This document shows positions 26,756-38,244 of a DNA stretch of 64,000 bases, in pieces. The translations under genes were made by a program, and so were the position numbers. Source of the stretch: Somniosus microcephalus (Eukaryota). The stretch lies in assembly GCA_052327205.1 (NCBI GenBank), contig CM126209.1, positions 250,480,001 through 250,544,000 on the forward strand, given 5' to 3'. The notes beneath the pieces were generated by a model that saw nothing but the letters and a program-made list of their open reading frames with translations, had not been told where the DNA came from and did not search any database. How positions within the stretch are numbered: the stretch's first letter is position 1; the number at the start of each line of letters is the position of its first letter.

Positions 26756-27049
26756 GCCTTCATCCTCGGCCTTACCAAAATAAGCCCCCCCCCTCCAGAA
26801 CACAAACACCCTCATATAAAAAAACATTTGCCTTCATCTTCGGCCTTACCAAAATAAGCCCCCCCCCTCCAGAACACAGACACCCCCATATAAAAAAACA
26901 TTTGCCTTCATCTTCGGCCTTACCAAAATAAGCCCCCCCCCTCCAGAACACAGACACCCCTATATAAAAAAACATTTGCCTTCATCTTCAGCCTTACCAA
27001 AATAAGCCCCCCCCCTCCAGAACACAAACACCCCCATATAAAAAAAACA
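26756..27049. repeat. Minisatellite, 4 x 74 bp, between the convergent Harbinger genes
   Basis: Unit GCCTTCATCTTCGGCCTTACCAAAATAAG(C)9TCCAGAACACA.. starts at 26756, 26830, 26904 and 26978. Confidence 0.92.
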
Positions 27050-27344
27050 GTTGGCAACACACTCTACTTGGTGTGCCGAGAGGGCGAGTCCTTGTGCAGG
27101 CTTCTCCGGCCCCTGCCCGACTTAATTCGTTGTACTTCTTGCGGCATTGGTCACCAGTCCTGGGGACATCGCTGTTGGCTGACACCCTCTGGGCGATTTC
27201 CCTCCAGGCTCTCCTGTACTGCCTCCTGGGAGCCTTCTTGCCACTGTCCGGGCACAAGATCTCTCTGTTCTTTTCCAACCCCCTAAGCAGCACCCTCAAA
27301 GCATGCTCTGAGAAGCGCTGCGCTCGTTCACGGGCCTTCTGCAT
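26994..27344 (-). pseudogene. Truncated Harbinger Myb/SANT-like gene (DNA-binding domain only)
   Basis: RAQRFSEHALRVLLRG..AWREIAQRV..RTGDQCRKKYNEL, with no TGGG exon or coiled-coil exon following. Confidence 0.85.
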
Positions 27345-29127
27345 GGCTTCAGGTGCTATTTGGGTCCACCAGCAGTGTTCAGGCCTAGCTGCAGGGCTCC
27401 ACTATCCAGGGCGTGGCTGCAGACAAAGTCGACCCTTCCCCCTTTAAGAGCTGGCCGGCGTCAGGGTGTCTGCTGTCAATCAAAACATGACCGCACCTGC
27501 GCTGCGCCCGGCCTCGGCGTTATCAGTCCGCACCGCCGGCTTAGCGCCTAAAGATAGGAGTGCAACGCCAGTTTCAGCGCTCGCCCAAACTCCTTGGCCA
27601 AAGCTACTGAATTTCGGCGAAGTGGCCTCCACTTTCCGGCGGGCGCTAACTTTAGCGCCCGCCCGACTTTACCGCCCCAAAAGTGGCTATACTGAATTTC
27701 TAGGCCCATGTTTTTAATGGCCGTAGATGCGCACTCAAAATGGCCTGAGGTCATCAAAATGTCCTCCACCACCACGGAGAAAACTATTGCAGCCTTACGG
27801 ACCATTTTTGCCAGGAATGGCTTGCCAGAACAGATTTGCTCCGACAACGGACCACAGTTTGTGTCCGAAGAGTTCCGGAGGTTCTTGAAAAAGAATGGGG
27901 TAAGGCATTACACATCCGCCCCGTATCATCCAGCCACAAATGGATTGGCTGAGAGGTTCGTACAAACCTTTAAGAAGGCAATAAAGGCTAGATACAAGGA
28001 CAACATTCCGCTGCAGCACAAGGTGGACAATTTCCTGTTCGCCTACCGGAATGCGACACATGCAGTCACCAACCAGGCCCCAGCCATAATGTTCTTTAAC
28101 CGAAGGTTAAGATCTCGCCTGGATTTACTCAGACCAAACGTACGAAGAGATGTTGAGAGTAAGCAATTCCAGCACATCCATGAGAAGCCAACAAGGAGCT
28201 TCAATGTAGGGCAACCAGTCTTGGCCCGCGACTACCGAACAGAAAAATGGCAGCCAGGAACGATATGCACACGGCAGGACCCACTAATGTACACAGTGGA
28301 CGTTGGGGAGAGCATCGTGAGACGCCATGCTGACCAGATCCTAGAGTCACAGGAACAATCAACCCCATGCCTCGCCCATACGTACCTGGTGATGAACCCG
28401 ACATACAGGTCGCATCTACCCCAGAAACAGTAGCATCGGAAGCTGAAGAACCAACCGACGACAGGGGGCCAGAATCGCCTCCGCATCAAGAGCAAGACAC
28501 TCGGGAAAGGCGCTATCCAGAAAGGATCAGGAAGCCTCCCCAAAGACTGAATATATAAATAGACTATTTTCAGCTAATGTTGCATGTTAAAAGTGTTAAT
28601 CGTAATTAGTTTGATATTTAATTGTTAAATGAGTGTTATGGTGCTGTTAATCTAAAAGGGGAGGAATTGTAATGTATGTACCTTTAAGGGGGGAACTACT
28701 TTTTACAGCTCATGTATACTGTAGTACCGGCAGTGACCACACCTGTATATAGCACTGAGTAGTAATCTGTACAGGCAGTTGCAGTGTGAGCCACGTTGAG
28801 TAAACACCTGTTGTACCATTCTCCGCAGTCTGTGTCTTATTATACACGGACGTAACAATAATCACTCCTGCGAAGCGCCTTGGGATGTTTTACTCCAGTA
28901 AAGGCGCTATATCAATGCACGTTGTTGTTGTTAGAGGATGATAATGGTGAGGCACCAGCACTGCTTACGGCTGTAGTGATTGCTGAAGCTTAAGGATGTG
29001 ATACTGCAACATATAGTCTTGAAGGAAAACAAAATAAACAAAACCAAAGAACGTGTGTTGGAATACTGGCATGGTTACATTTTTAACAGGGCATCGACCT
29101 TAGGCACTATGAAGCAGATGAATCATA

Positions 29128-29290
29128 TAATCATAGAATCTTAGAGCATCGAAGGAGGCCATTCAGTCCATCGAAAGAGCAATTCCATTAGTCCCACTCC
29201 CCTGCTATTCCCCACAAACCCGCAGATGTTTCCCCTTCAAGTATTTATCCAATTTCCTTTTGAAAGTTACTATTGAATCTGCTTACCATC
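29128..29290 (-). mobile_element. CR1 3' tail fragment
   Basis: AATCATAGAATC..GGAGGCCATTC..TTGAATCTGCTTACCA. Confidence 0.65.
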
Positions 29291-29408
29291 ATTTAAATGA
29301 ACATTTAAATACATTTAATGTCTAATAAAGTGATTATGGTTCTGGACTAGCAATCCAGAGGCAAGGTATGAAATTAATTTGAATAAACCTGAAAATTTTC
29401 AAAATGAC

Positions 29409-29635
29409 TGACGTAAGAAAACTTCTAGGCACTTGGTCTAAGCGTTAAACAAAACTTTAATCAACTGTTTTACAACATGGAGGTGTAGTTGTGTCCATCA
29501 CTAGTTTTATTTAAGAATGTCCTCTGCATGTTGGGCCCATGCCCGAGTATTTATACTCTCCCTGGACAGTGCAACCCGCAGGCTGCTCAGTATTATTTCA
29601 TAAGTCTTTCTTTCATGAATGACTGATTCATGTCA
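29409..29635 (-). mobile_element. Solo LTR, ~227-bp family, copy 2
   Basis: Reverse complement of 13650-13876; TSD ATGAC/GTGAC. Confidence 0.82.
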
Positions 29636-30793
29636 GTGACCATGTAAGTTAACATTGTAAAACCCAAATTCTTCATTAATGTCCTTCAAGGAATGGGAAC
29701 CTACCAGCCCTACCTGGTCTGGCCTACATAATAACTCCTGTCCCCCATTAAAAGGGTAACTCTTCACGCCTAGCAAGCCACTCAGTTGCAAAAAAAACCC
29801 AACAGTAGCGATGAGGTGCAAGCATTGAAGCAATTCAGTGGCGCTGGAGAGGGTGCATGCAGTGTATGCATGAGGCCTTCAGAGACCGGTGGGCACAGCA
29901 TAGAATCAAGTGTCTAATAGGCCCATGCAATAATATTATGATTGGGTTTTCTCAGTTTCCTTTCAGTTCTATCGAAATTGTACTTAATTGGGCGCTGATT
30001 TTAACTCCCCCTGCCTGGAGGAAACCTGACTGCGTGGGCAAGTGTTGTCTTGTTTTGCACGCTTTGTATGAAAATAATAAATTGCAGGACAATGGAGTAT
30101 TACAATTTAAACTCTTTTAATGAAGCATCAGGTCTGTAAGCTTTCTCAATCAATACAGCACCGTGGGGACAAGATGGAGTCAGGACCCTGGGTCCTCCAA
30201 AACAATAGCTGTCCTTACAGATGCCTGCAGGCCAATGACAACTCAGCATGTGACCACATGTGAATATAATAGGTATTCCTTACAGATGCCTGCGGGCCAA
30301 TGACAATTCAACATGCAAATGTTACATCCCCTTTCTTTTAAAAGAAAAATGTTATGCATTACTTTTGAACCTTTCTTCTACATGATGTTCTCAGTAGCAT
30401 CAACATATAAGTAAACTCAACATTTAACTAGCACTGAAAACATCTCAACGTTTCAATAACGATGTACAGTTTTTTTTAGGGCAGTGATCCGCCTACACCC
30501 TTTGACAGTTCACAAGTCAAGGATAACTCTAGGCTTGACCTCTCGTCGGAATTATGGTGTTGTTCCTTGGTGTTCAGGAGGTGCCTGCGATTGCGGCGGT
30601 ACACCTGTGCTTCTGGGGTGCGGACGTGATACGATCGCTCAGTGTCAGCTGGCTGGATGACGACTGCTGGCTTCCAGTAGTCATGCTCATGGATTCTGAT
30701 GGCTTCTCCATTGTGCAGCGGCGGCAGTAGTCTAGCTGACCTGTCATAGTATCTCTTTTGGTGTTGCTGCCTCTATACACATTTTTCATGCAC

Positions 30794-33700
30794 TTACTTG
30801 CAGCTGACGACCTGCCAGGGCCTGTCTGGGATACGGTGAGGTATCATGGGCTCTTTGACATTTGATGGACGGCATTCTAGACAAATGGAACATTTTCCGA
30901 CAATGTCCTCAATGTGTTTGCACATTCCGGGCCAAAACATAATGTCACGTGCTTTTTGTTTGCATTTTTCCATGCCCATATGTCCAGCATGAATTTTTGT
31001 CACCATCTCTTCTCCGAGAGTGGTAGGAATGATGATTTTCTCCCCTTTGAAGATGATTCCGTTGATTTGTGACAGTTCGTCTCTGTGGTTCCAGAATTCA
31101 GATATGCTCTGAGGGCATTTCCTCCTTTCCTCAGGCCATCCTTCATGTATGACTTTGCTCAGCAGTGTGAGTTGTGAATCTTTCTCTGTTCTTGCTCGGA
31201 TCTCCTTCAGTTTTGAGTCACTCACAGGTAAGCTGTTGTATACCATGTGCACCTGCACATCCATGCCTTCACTGAGGCTGTTGTCCTGGTAGCTAAGAGA
31301 CTTTCTGGAGAGCGTGTCTGTGACAGGAATGTCTTTGCCTGGACGGTGAATGATTGTGAAGTCATACTTCTGTAGCTGAAGGATCATTCTCTGTAGCCTT
31401 GGTGGGGCTGCGGCTAGTGGTTTCCTCATGATTGACTCGAGGGGCTTGTGGTCAGATTCCACAATGACTTGTCAGCCATAGACGTACTGCTGGAAACGCT
31501 TACATCCAAACAGAATTGCATATAGCTCTTTCTCGATTTGAGCATAGTTGATTTCACTGTCTGAGAGAGATCTGGTAGCGTAGCCGATGGGCTTTCCTTC
31601 TTGCAGTAATACTGCACCTAGTCTGTACTTTGACGCGTCCACTTGTAGTCTGAGCTCTTTGTTGGGGTCGAAGTAGACAAGAACTGGTCCTGGTTCTCTG
31701 GTGATTAGGTCTTTCATTTTCTGAAATGCTGTGTCATGTTGTTTGTCCCACAGGAACTCATTGGATTGTTTGAACAACTGACGCATGGGTGCGTTAATTT
31801 CGGAGAGGCTCAGGGCAAACTTGGCTAAGTAGTTAACCATGCCTAGTACTGTCTCTAGCTCTGCGCGGTTCTTTGGCGGCTCCATCTTCTTGATGGCGGA
31901 GATTTTCTCTGGATCCGGCTTAATGCCATCAGTTGAGGGGTAATGCCCGAAATAACTGATCTCGGTGGATCTGATTATGCTTTTCTCGGGGTTGAGCCGG
32001 ATACCTTTCTCCCGTGATCTTTGTAGCATCGCACGGAGGTTCCTGTCATGTTCCTCTCTATTCCTGCCATAGATGAGGATGTCGTCTACAATTGCGACTA
32101 CTCCGTCGAGGCCTTCATAGGTTTCATCGATCTTCTGCTGGAATTCATCCTGAGCTGAGATAAGACCAAATGGTAAACGCAGAAATCAATAGCGTCCAAA
32201 TGGTGTGTTGAATGTTGTTAGCTTAGATGACTCTTCCGTGAGCTTGATAGTCCAGTATCCTGATCGTGCATCCATTACACTGAAGTAACGTGCTCCCACT
32301 TGCTTGGGTGTGATGTCATCTAGCGTTGGTAGAGGGTAGCGAGGGCGTTTGATAGCCTTGTTCAAATCTTTGGGGTCGAGACAGACTCTGAGCTTGCCTG
32401 TACGTGGTTTCTCAACCACTACTAATGCGTTGACCCACTCTGTCGGTTCTGTTTCCCGGACGATGATTTCTGTATTCTCCATGCACTGCAGCTCCTCCTT
32501 CAGGCGACTACATAGAGCAAGGGGTATCCTTCTCGGTGGGCAAACCACAGTGGTTGCTGCTGGGTCAAGGTGAATAGTGCATTCACCTGGGAATAGTCCG
32601 ATCCCTTTGAAAACGTCAGCAAACTCCTCCATGACTGTCTGCTTCTCAACTGGTGCTGTCAATGATAGCACTAGCTTGACGAGGTCCATGTCTAAACATG
32701 CCTTTAGACCCAGCACTGGAGGTGCTTGAGTGTCAATAATATATAAGTCCAACATCATGTCGCTTTCTTTGTACTTGCATTTCACCACGCATGTGCCTTT
32801 TACAATGAGCTGCTCACCCCCATAGCCGGTCAGTCTGCGTGAGGTGGGCTGTAGCTCACACTCATCCTTCAATCTGTGATACTCACTCAGAGGAATTACA
32901 TTAACCTGAGATCCAGTGTCTAGTTTAAACTTAAGCTCTGTGCCCCGTTTTCCTATCTCAATATCGGCAAAAGCTTGCTCAGTCTCTGAAATCTGTTATT
33001 TCTGTGACACATTATCAATAAGCAGTTCCTCTGCATTTAGCTCTCTATCTGGCATTTGGCTGTCATTCACTGTGTGTACTGTTTTTCCAAAAACAGTCTT
33101 GCAAACTTTAGCAAAGTGGTTCCATTTACCACATTTAGTACATTGCCTTCCTTTGGCAGGGCAGTACTTCTTTTACCCATGCCAGTTGTTTCCACAATAT
33201 CCAGTTTTTGAAGCGTTTTATGTCTGTGTCGCCCATTTTTAGAACTCTCTCTGTTCTTTCTGTTCTGAAACACGCTCTCTGGGCGGTGTTCTTTGGTGTG
33301 TGTCTATTGACTGCGTGCACTGTCTGTTCACGCGAACTGCTCGTGGCGCCGGTTATGGTTTTCAACTGTGCTTGGGCTATCTTGTGCAATCTAGCTATGT
33401 CCATAGCTTTGTCCAGCATTAGCCCGGACCCAACATTCAAAAGTTTCTCTCTCACTTTAGCTGAATGTATTCCAAACACGATGCGGTCTCTGACCATCTC
33501 ATCTTTATCGGCATATACACAGTCTTTTACCAGCAGTTTTAACTCAGTCATGAACTATTCAAACGACTCACTAGCTCCTTGTACTTTCTCCTGAAACTTG
33601 TACCTAGCGAATATCGTATTTGTCTTGGGCATCACATATGCTTCAAAACAGTCAAAATAACTTTTCAGTACCTTTGCTTCATCTGCGGTGAGAGACCATG

Positions 33701-33887
33701 TGTTAAAAATGTCTCTCCCCTTTTCTTCAATCCACAGGAGTAGATAGCTGCATCTTTCTTCCTCCTGTTTGCTTTTCAACGGACCCGAGAACATCAATTC
33801 CACGTGTTGCTTGAACTTGCTCCATTCTCTAGCTAAGTTCAAAGATTCCCAATTCATTCGAGGTAAGGGAGCTCCAATGATGTCCAT
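30794..33887 (-). pseudogene. gag-pol: gag-pol of Gypsy B, fragmented
   Basis: Motifs LDTGSQ, RVCLDPKDLN, IVDDIL, LQVDAS, YAQIEKE, ESDHKPL, HAGHMG..C..C. Sequence stops resembling integrase after RPWQVV; multiple stops and frameshifts. Confidence 0.9.
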
Positions 33888-33964
33888 TTCAAATCCCTGT
33901 TCTGACTCCATGTCTTGTTTTGCACACTTTGTACAAAAATAATAAATTACAGGACAACCGAGTA

Positions 33965-34370
33965 CAGGTAGACTATCCTTCATCCGAAAACCTCGGGACC
34001 AGCCGTGTTTCGGTTTTCGGAAAATTTCGGATTTCAGAAGGTATTTTATAAGACTGGGAAATTTGTCGGAGGTGGGGGTCGGCGGGGGTCGGGGTCGGCG
34101 GGGGGTCGGCGGGGGGTCGGGGGTGGGGGTCGGTGGGGGTCGGGGTCGTGCGCACGACTTACGCTGAATGAAACCTTTCGGTTTTCAGAGGATTTCGGTT
34201 TTCGGAAGTGCGGATAAAGGATACACTATCCCTTATCCGAAAGGGTGGGGGGTCGGCACTGGGGGTCGGCGGGGGTCGGGGTCATGCGCACGACTTACGC
34301 TGAACGAAAAAACCTTCGGTTTTTAGAGGGTTTCGGTTTTCGGAAGTTCGGATAAAGGGTAGTCTAACTG
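33965..34370. mobile_element. Tc1/mariner-pogo (Tigger-like) MITE, dimeric, in the 5' LTR of Gypsy B
   Basis: TIRs CAGGTAGACTATCCTTCATCCGAA / TTCGGATAAAGGGTAGTCTAACTG with TA TSD. Absent from the sister LTR, which reads GAGTATTACAATTT. Confidence 0.9.
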
Positions 34371-34929
34371 TATTACAATTTAAACTCTTTTAATGAAGCA
34401 TCAGGTCTGCAAGCTTTCTCAATCAATACAGCACCGTGTGGACAAGATGGAGTCAGGACCCTGGGTCCTCCAAAACAATAGCAGTCCTTACAGATGCCTG
34501 CAGGCCAATGACAACTCAGCATGTGATCACATGTGAATATATTAGGTATTCCTTACAGATGCCTGCGGGCCAATGACAATTCAACATGCAAATGTTACAT
34601 TGGTGGGGGGCGGGGGGAGCGGGTGCAAGTTAATATGGAGTGAGGGAGTTAACCACTACTTTCCTGCCCGGATCTGACTAAAATTGCAGACAGCAAAGAC
34701 ACCTGCCCCAAACTGGCATGGTTCTCTTTAAATATGCAGATCGGGCTCTGATGATGTAATCGGGGCCCGTTCTGCCATTTTAACTAGAGGCCTGTTTGGC
34801 CTGGCTCTCCTCGCCAGGCCAAACCTGCCAGAGGCTGGATCGTGGGCCTTAAGAGGCGCAGGCAGGTGTTTGTTCTCTCATTCTTCTAAACTCCAGAGAG
34901 TATAGGCCCATTCTACACAATCTCTCGCT

Positions 34930-37900
34930 AAAAAGGCAAAAGTTGGCCTTGATAGCGAGAGGATTCGAATACAGGAGCAAGGATGTCTTGCTGCAGTTGT
35001 ACAGGGCCTTGGTGAGACCACACCTTGAGTATTGTGTGCAGTTTTGGTGGCCTTATCTGAGGAAGGATGTTCTTGCCATGGAGGGAGTGCAGCGAAGATT
35101 CACCATACTGATACCTGGGATGGCAGGAATGACGCATGAGTAGAGATTGGGTCGATTAACATAGAAGATAGGAGCAGGAGTAGGCCATTCGGCCCCTCGA
35201 GCCTGCTCCGCCATTCGATGAGATCATGGCTGATCATCCAAACTCAGTACCCCGTACCTGCCTTCTCCCCATATCCCTTGATACCTTTAGCTCTAAGAAA
35301 TATATCTAACTCCTTCTTGAATATATTTAAAGACTTGGCCTCAACCGCCTTCTGTGGTAGAGAATTCCACAGGTTCACCACTCTCTGGGTGAAGAAATTC
35401 TTCCTCATCTCTGTCCTAAATGGCTTACCCCTTATCCTTAGAATATGACCCCTGGTTCTGGACTCTCCGACCATCGGGAACATTCTACCTGCATCTAGTT
35501 TGTCCAGACCTGTCAGAATTTTATAATTTCGATGAGATCCCCTCTCATTCTTCTAAACTCCAGCGAGTATAAGCCCAATCGACCCAATCTCTCCTCATAC
35601 GTCATTCCTGCCATCCCAGGGATCAGCCTTGTGAATCTTCGCTGAACTCCTTCCATGGCAAAAACATCCTTCCTCAGATAAGGTGAACAAAACTGCACAC
35701 AGTACTCAAGGTGTGGTCTCACCAAGGCCCTGTACAACTGCAGCAGGACATCCTTGCTCCTGTACTCAAACCCTTTTGCTATGAAGGCCAACATACCATT
35801 TGCCTTCTTCACCGCCTGCTGCACCTGCATGCTTACCTTCAGCGACTGGTGCACGAGGACACCCAGGTCTCATTGCACTTCCCCTTCTCCCAATCTTTTG
35901 CCATTCAGATAATAGTCTGCCTTTCTGTTTTTGATGCCAAAGTGGATAACCTCGCATTTATCCACGTTATATTGCATCTGCTACGCTTCTGCCCAATCAC
36001 CCAACCTGTCCAAATCATCCTGGAGTTTCTCGGTATCCTCCTCGCAGCACACACGCCCACCCAGCTTTGTGTCGTCTGCAAACTTGGAGATATTACATCT
36101 AGTTCCCTTATCTAGATCATTAATGTATATTGTGAATAGCTGGGGTCCAAGGACCTATCCCTGCGTTACCCCAGTAGTCACTGCCTGCCACTCGTAAAAA
36201 GACCCGTTAATTCCTACTTTCTGCTTTCTGTCTGCCAACCAGTTCTCTATCCAAGTCAATACCTTGCCCCCAATCCCGTGTGCCTTAACTTTACATGCTA
36301 ATCTCTTATGTGGGACCTTATCGAAAGCCTTTTGAAAGTCCAAATACACCACATCTACTGGTTCTCCCTTATCTATTTTCCCAGTTACATCCTCAAAAAA
36401 TTCCAGTAGATTAGTCAAGCGCGATTTACCTTTTGTAAATCCATGTTGACTTTGTCCGATCCTGTCACTGTTTTCCAAGTGCTCAGCTATTACATCCTTT
36501 ATAATGGACTCTAGCATTTTCCCCACTACCGATGTCAGGCTTACCGGTCTGTAATTCCCCGCTTTCTCTCTACCACCCTTTTTGAATAGTGGGGTAACAT
36601 TAGCTACCCTCCAATCCATGGGTACAGTTCCAGATTCCAGCGAATTTTGGAAGATGATCAGCAATGCATCTACTATTTCTAGCGCCACTTCCTTAAGTAC
36701 CCTAGGATGTAGCTTATCAGGCCCTGGGGATTTATCGGCCTTCAATCCCATCAATTTCCCCATCACCATTTCCCTACAAATACTGATTTCTTTCAGTTCC
36801 TCCCTCTCATCAGACCCTATGTTCCCCGACATCTCTGGGAGGTTATTTGTGTTCTCCTTTGTGAATACAGTACCAAAATATGTATTTAATTGGTCTGCCA
36901 CTTCTTTGTTCCCCATTATAACTTCCCCTGCTTCTGACTGCAAGGGACCAACACTTGATTTCACTAATCTTTTTCTCTTCACATATCTATAAAAGCTCTT
37001 ACAGTCAGTTTTTATGTTCCCTGCAAGCTTACTTTCATATTCTATTTTCCCCTTCTTAATTAATCCCTTTATCCTCCTTTGTTGAATCCTAAACTGCTCC
37101 CAATCCTCAGGGTTACTGCTTTTTCTGGCCAATTTATATGCCCTCTCCTTGGATCTTATGCTATCTCTAATTTCCCTTGTTAGCCACGGTTGAGTCACCC
37201 TTTTTGTTTTATTCTTATCCCAAACTGGGATGAACAACTTCTGTAGTTCATCCATGCGCTCTTTGAATGTTTGCCATTGCCTATCCACCGTCAACCCTTT
37301 GAGTGACATTTCCCAATCAATCCTACCCAACTCGCACCTCATACCATCATAGTTTCCTTTATTTAAATTCAGGACCATAGTCTCCGAGTCAACTACTTCA
37401 TTCTCCATCCTAATGAAGAATTCTATCATATTATGATCGCTCTGACCCAAGGGGCCTCGTACAACAAAATTGCTAATTAATCCTCTCTCATTACATAATA
37501 CCCAGTCTAAGATGGCCTGATCTCTGGTTGGTTCCTCGACATATTGTTCCAGAAAACCATCCCGTAAACATTCTAGGAATTCCTCCTCCTCAGTACTTTT
37601 ACTAATTTGGTTAGCCCAATCTATATGTAAATTAAAGTCACCCATGATGACTGCTGTGCCCTTATTGCACACGTCTCTAATTTCCCGTTTCATGCTTATA
37701 TTCGCTAGAGTTTAGAAGAATGAGAGGGGATCTCATTGAAACTTATAAAATTCTAACAGGACTAGACAGACTAGATGCAGGAAGTATATTCCCGATGGCT
37801 GTGGAGTCCAGAACGAGGGGTCAGAGTCTAAGGATAAGGGGTAAGCCATTTAGGACTGAGATGAGGAGGAATTTCTTCACTCAGAGAGTGGTGAACCTGT

Positions 37901-38110
37901 GGAATTCTCTGCCACACAGGGCAGTTGAGGCCAATTCATTAAATGTATTCAAGAAGGAGTTGGATATATTTCTTGAGGCTAAGGGGATGAAGGGATATGG
38001 GGAGAAAGCAGGGACAGGGTACTGAATTTGGAAGATCAGCCATGATCTCATTAAATGGCGGAGCGGGCTCAAGGAGCCGAATGGCCCACTCCTGCTCCTA
38101 TCTTCTATGT
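34930..38110 (+). mobile_element. 5'-truncated CR1 (34930-35158 plus 37694-38110) split by an antisense CR1
   Basis: ..GGGTCGATTA / GCTTATATTCGCTAGAG.. rejoin as LGRL(G)LYSLEF. Confidence 0.85.
35159..37693 (-). mobile_element. Young CR1 LINE, ~2.5 kb, ORF2 (end of APE, RT) and 3' UTR
   Basis: 512-aa ORF with MGDFN, SDH, KSPGPD, NYRPVSLTS, QHGF, YLDFQKAFD; FADD lies downstream. Few disruptions. Confidence 0.95.
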
Positions 38111-38244
38111 TGAAAAAAAATGTGTTTAGGTTTCCTTATATTCTTATGTTCTTGTGGGCCAGGAGATGCAGTATTGCTTCTCCGGGCCCCACACGGAAAC
38201 CACAGTTCCCCCTCGCCCTGGGCTAGCACCCACCCACTCTTGAA

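Larger units (their letters stand above)
24857..27707. mobile_element. PIF/Harbinger DNA transposon inserted in the Gypsy A integrase
   Basis: TIRs GGCCTAGAAATTCAGT / ACTGAATTTCTAGGCCC. Integrase codons DSM / MFLMAVDAH rejoin across it (AT or ATG duplicated). Contains convergent transposase and Myb genes. Confidence 0.95.
21793..28558 (+). pseudogene. gag-pol: gag-pol of Gypsy A (Gag with two CCHC knuckles, protease, RT, RNase H, integrase), disrupted
   Basis: Motifs CYRCGRTTHDQNDC/CRQCGKVGHIARAC, LDTGS, YLDDIL, LACDAS, SDNGPQF, NGLAERFV. Lesions: frameshift at about 22830, stop at 23784, small deletions at about 23110 and 24650, Harbinger insertion at 24857, frameshift at about 28370. Confidence 0.95.
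21084..28857 (+). mobile_element. Ty3/Gypsy LTR retrotransposon A (Mag-like), full length, defective
   Basis: 190-bp LTRs at 21084-21273 and 28668-28857 (TG..CA, one mismatch). TSD ATAAT. PBS TGGCGACGAGG at 21275, complementary to the tRNA-Ser(GCU) 3' end. PPT AAAAGGGGAGGAA at 28654-28666. Confidence 0.97.
20690..28931 (+). mobile_element. L2-type LINE 3' end split by the Gypsy insertion (about 20690-21083 plus 28863-28931)
   Basis: The L2 tail resumes after the 3' LTR as CACTCCTGCGAAGCGCCTTGGGATG..AAAGGCGCTATAT..(TTG)n. Confidence 0.75.
30046..34599 (-). mobile_element. Ty3/Gypsy LTR retrotransposon B, defective, integrase core deleted
   Basis: LTRs at 30046-30326 and 33911-34599 (the latter carries a MITE). 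PBS TGGAGTCAGAA is tRNA-Leu-like; PPT AAAAGAAAGGGGA. No clean TSD seen. Confidence 0.93.

Noticed and set aside
26756-27049. CRISPR-like array
   Set aside because: Units are contiguous and near-identical with no unique spacers, there are no cas genes, and the context is eukaryotic.
21084-28857. Near-identical LTRs despite several inactivating internal lesions
   Set aside because: 190 bp is too short to date precisely; one mismatch is compatible with a handful of lesions over about 4.5 kb.
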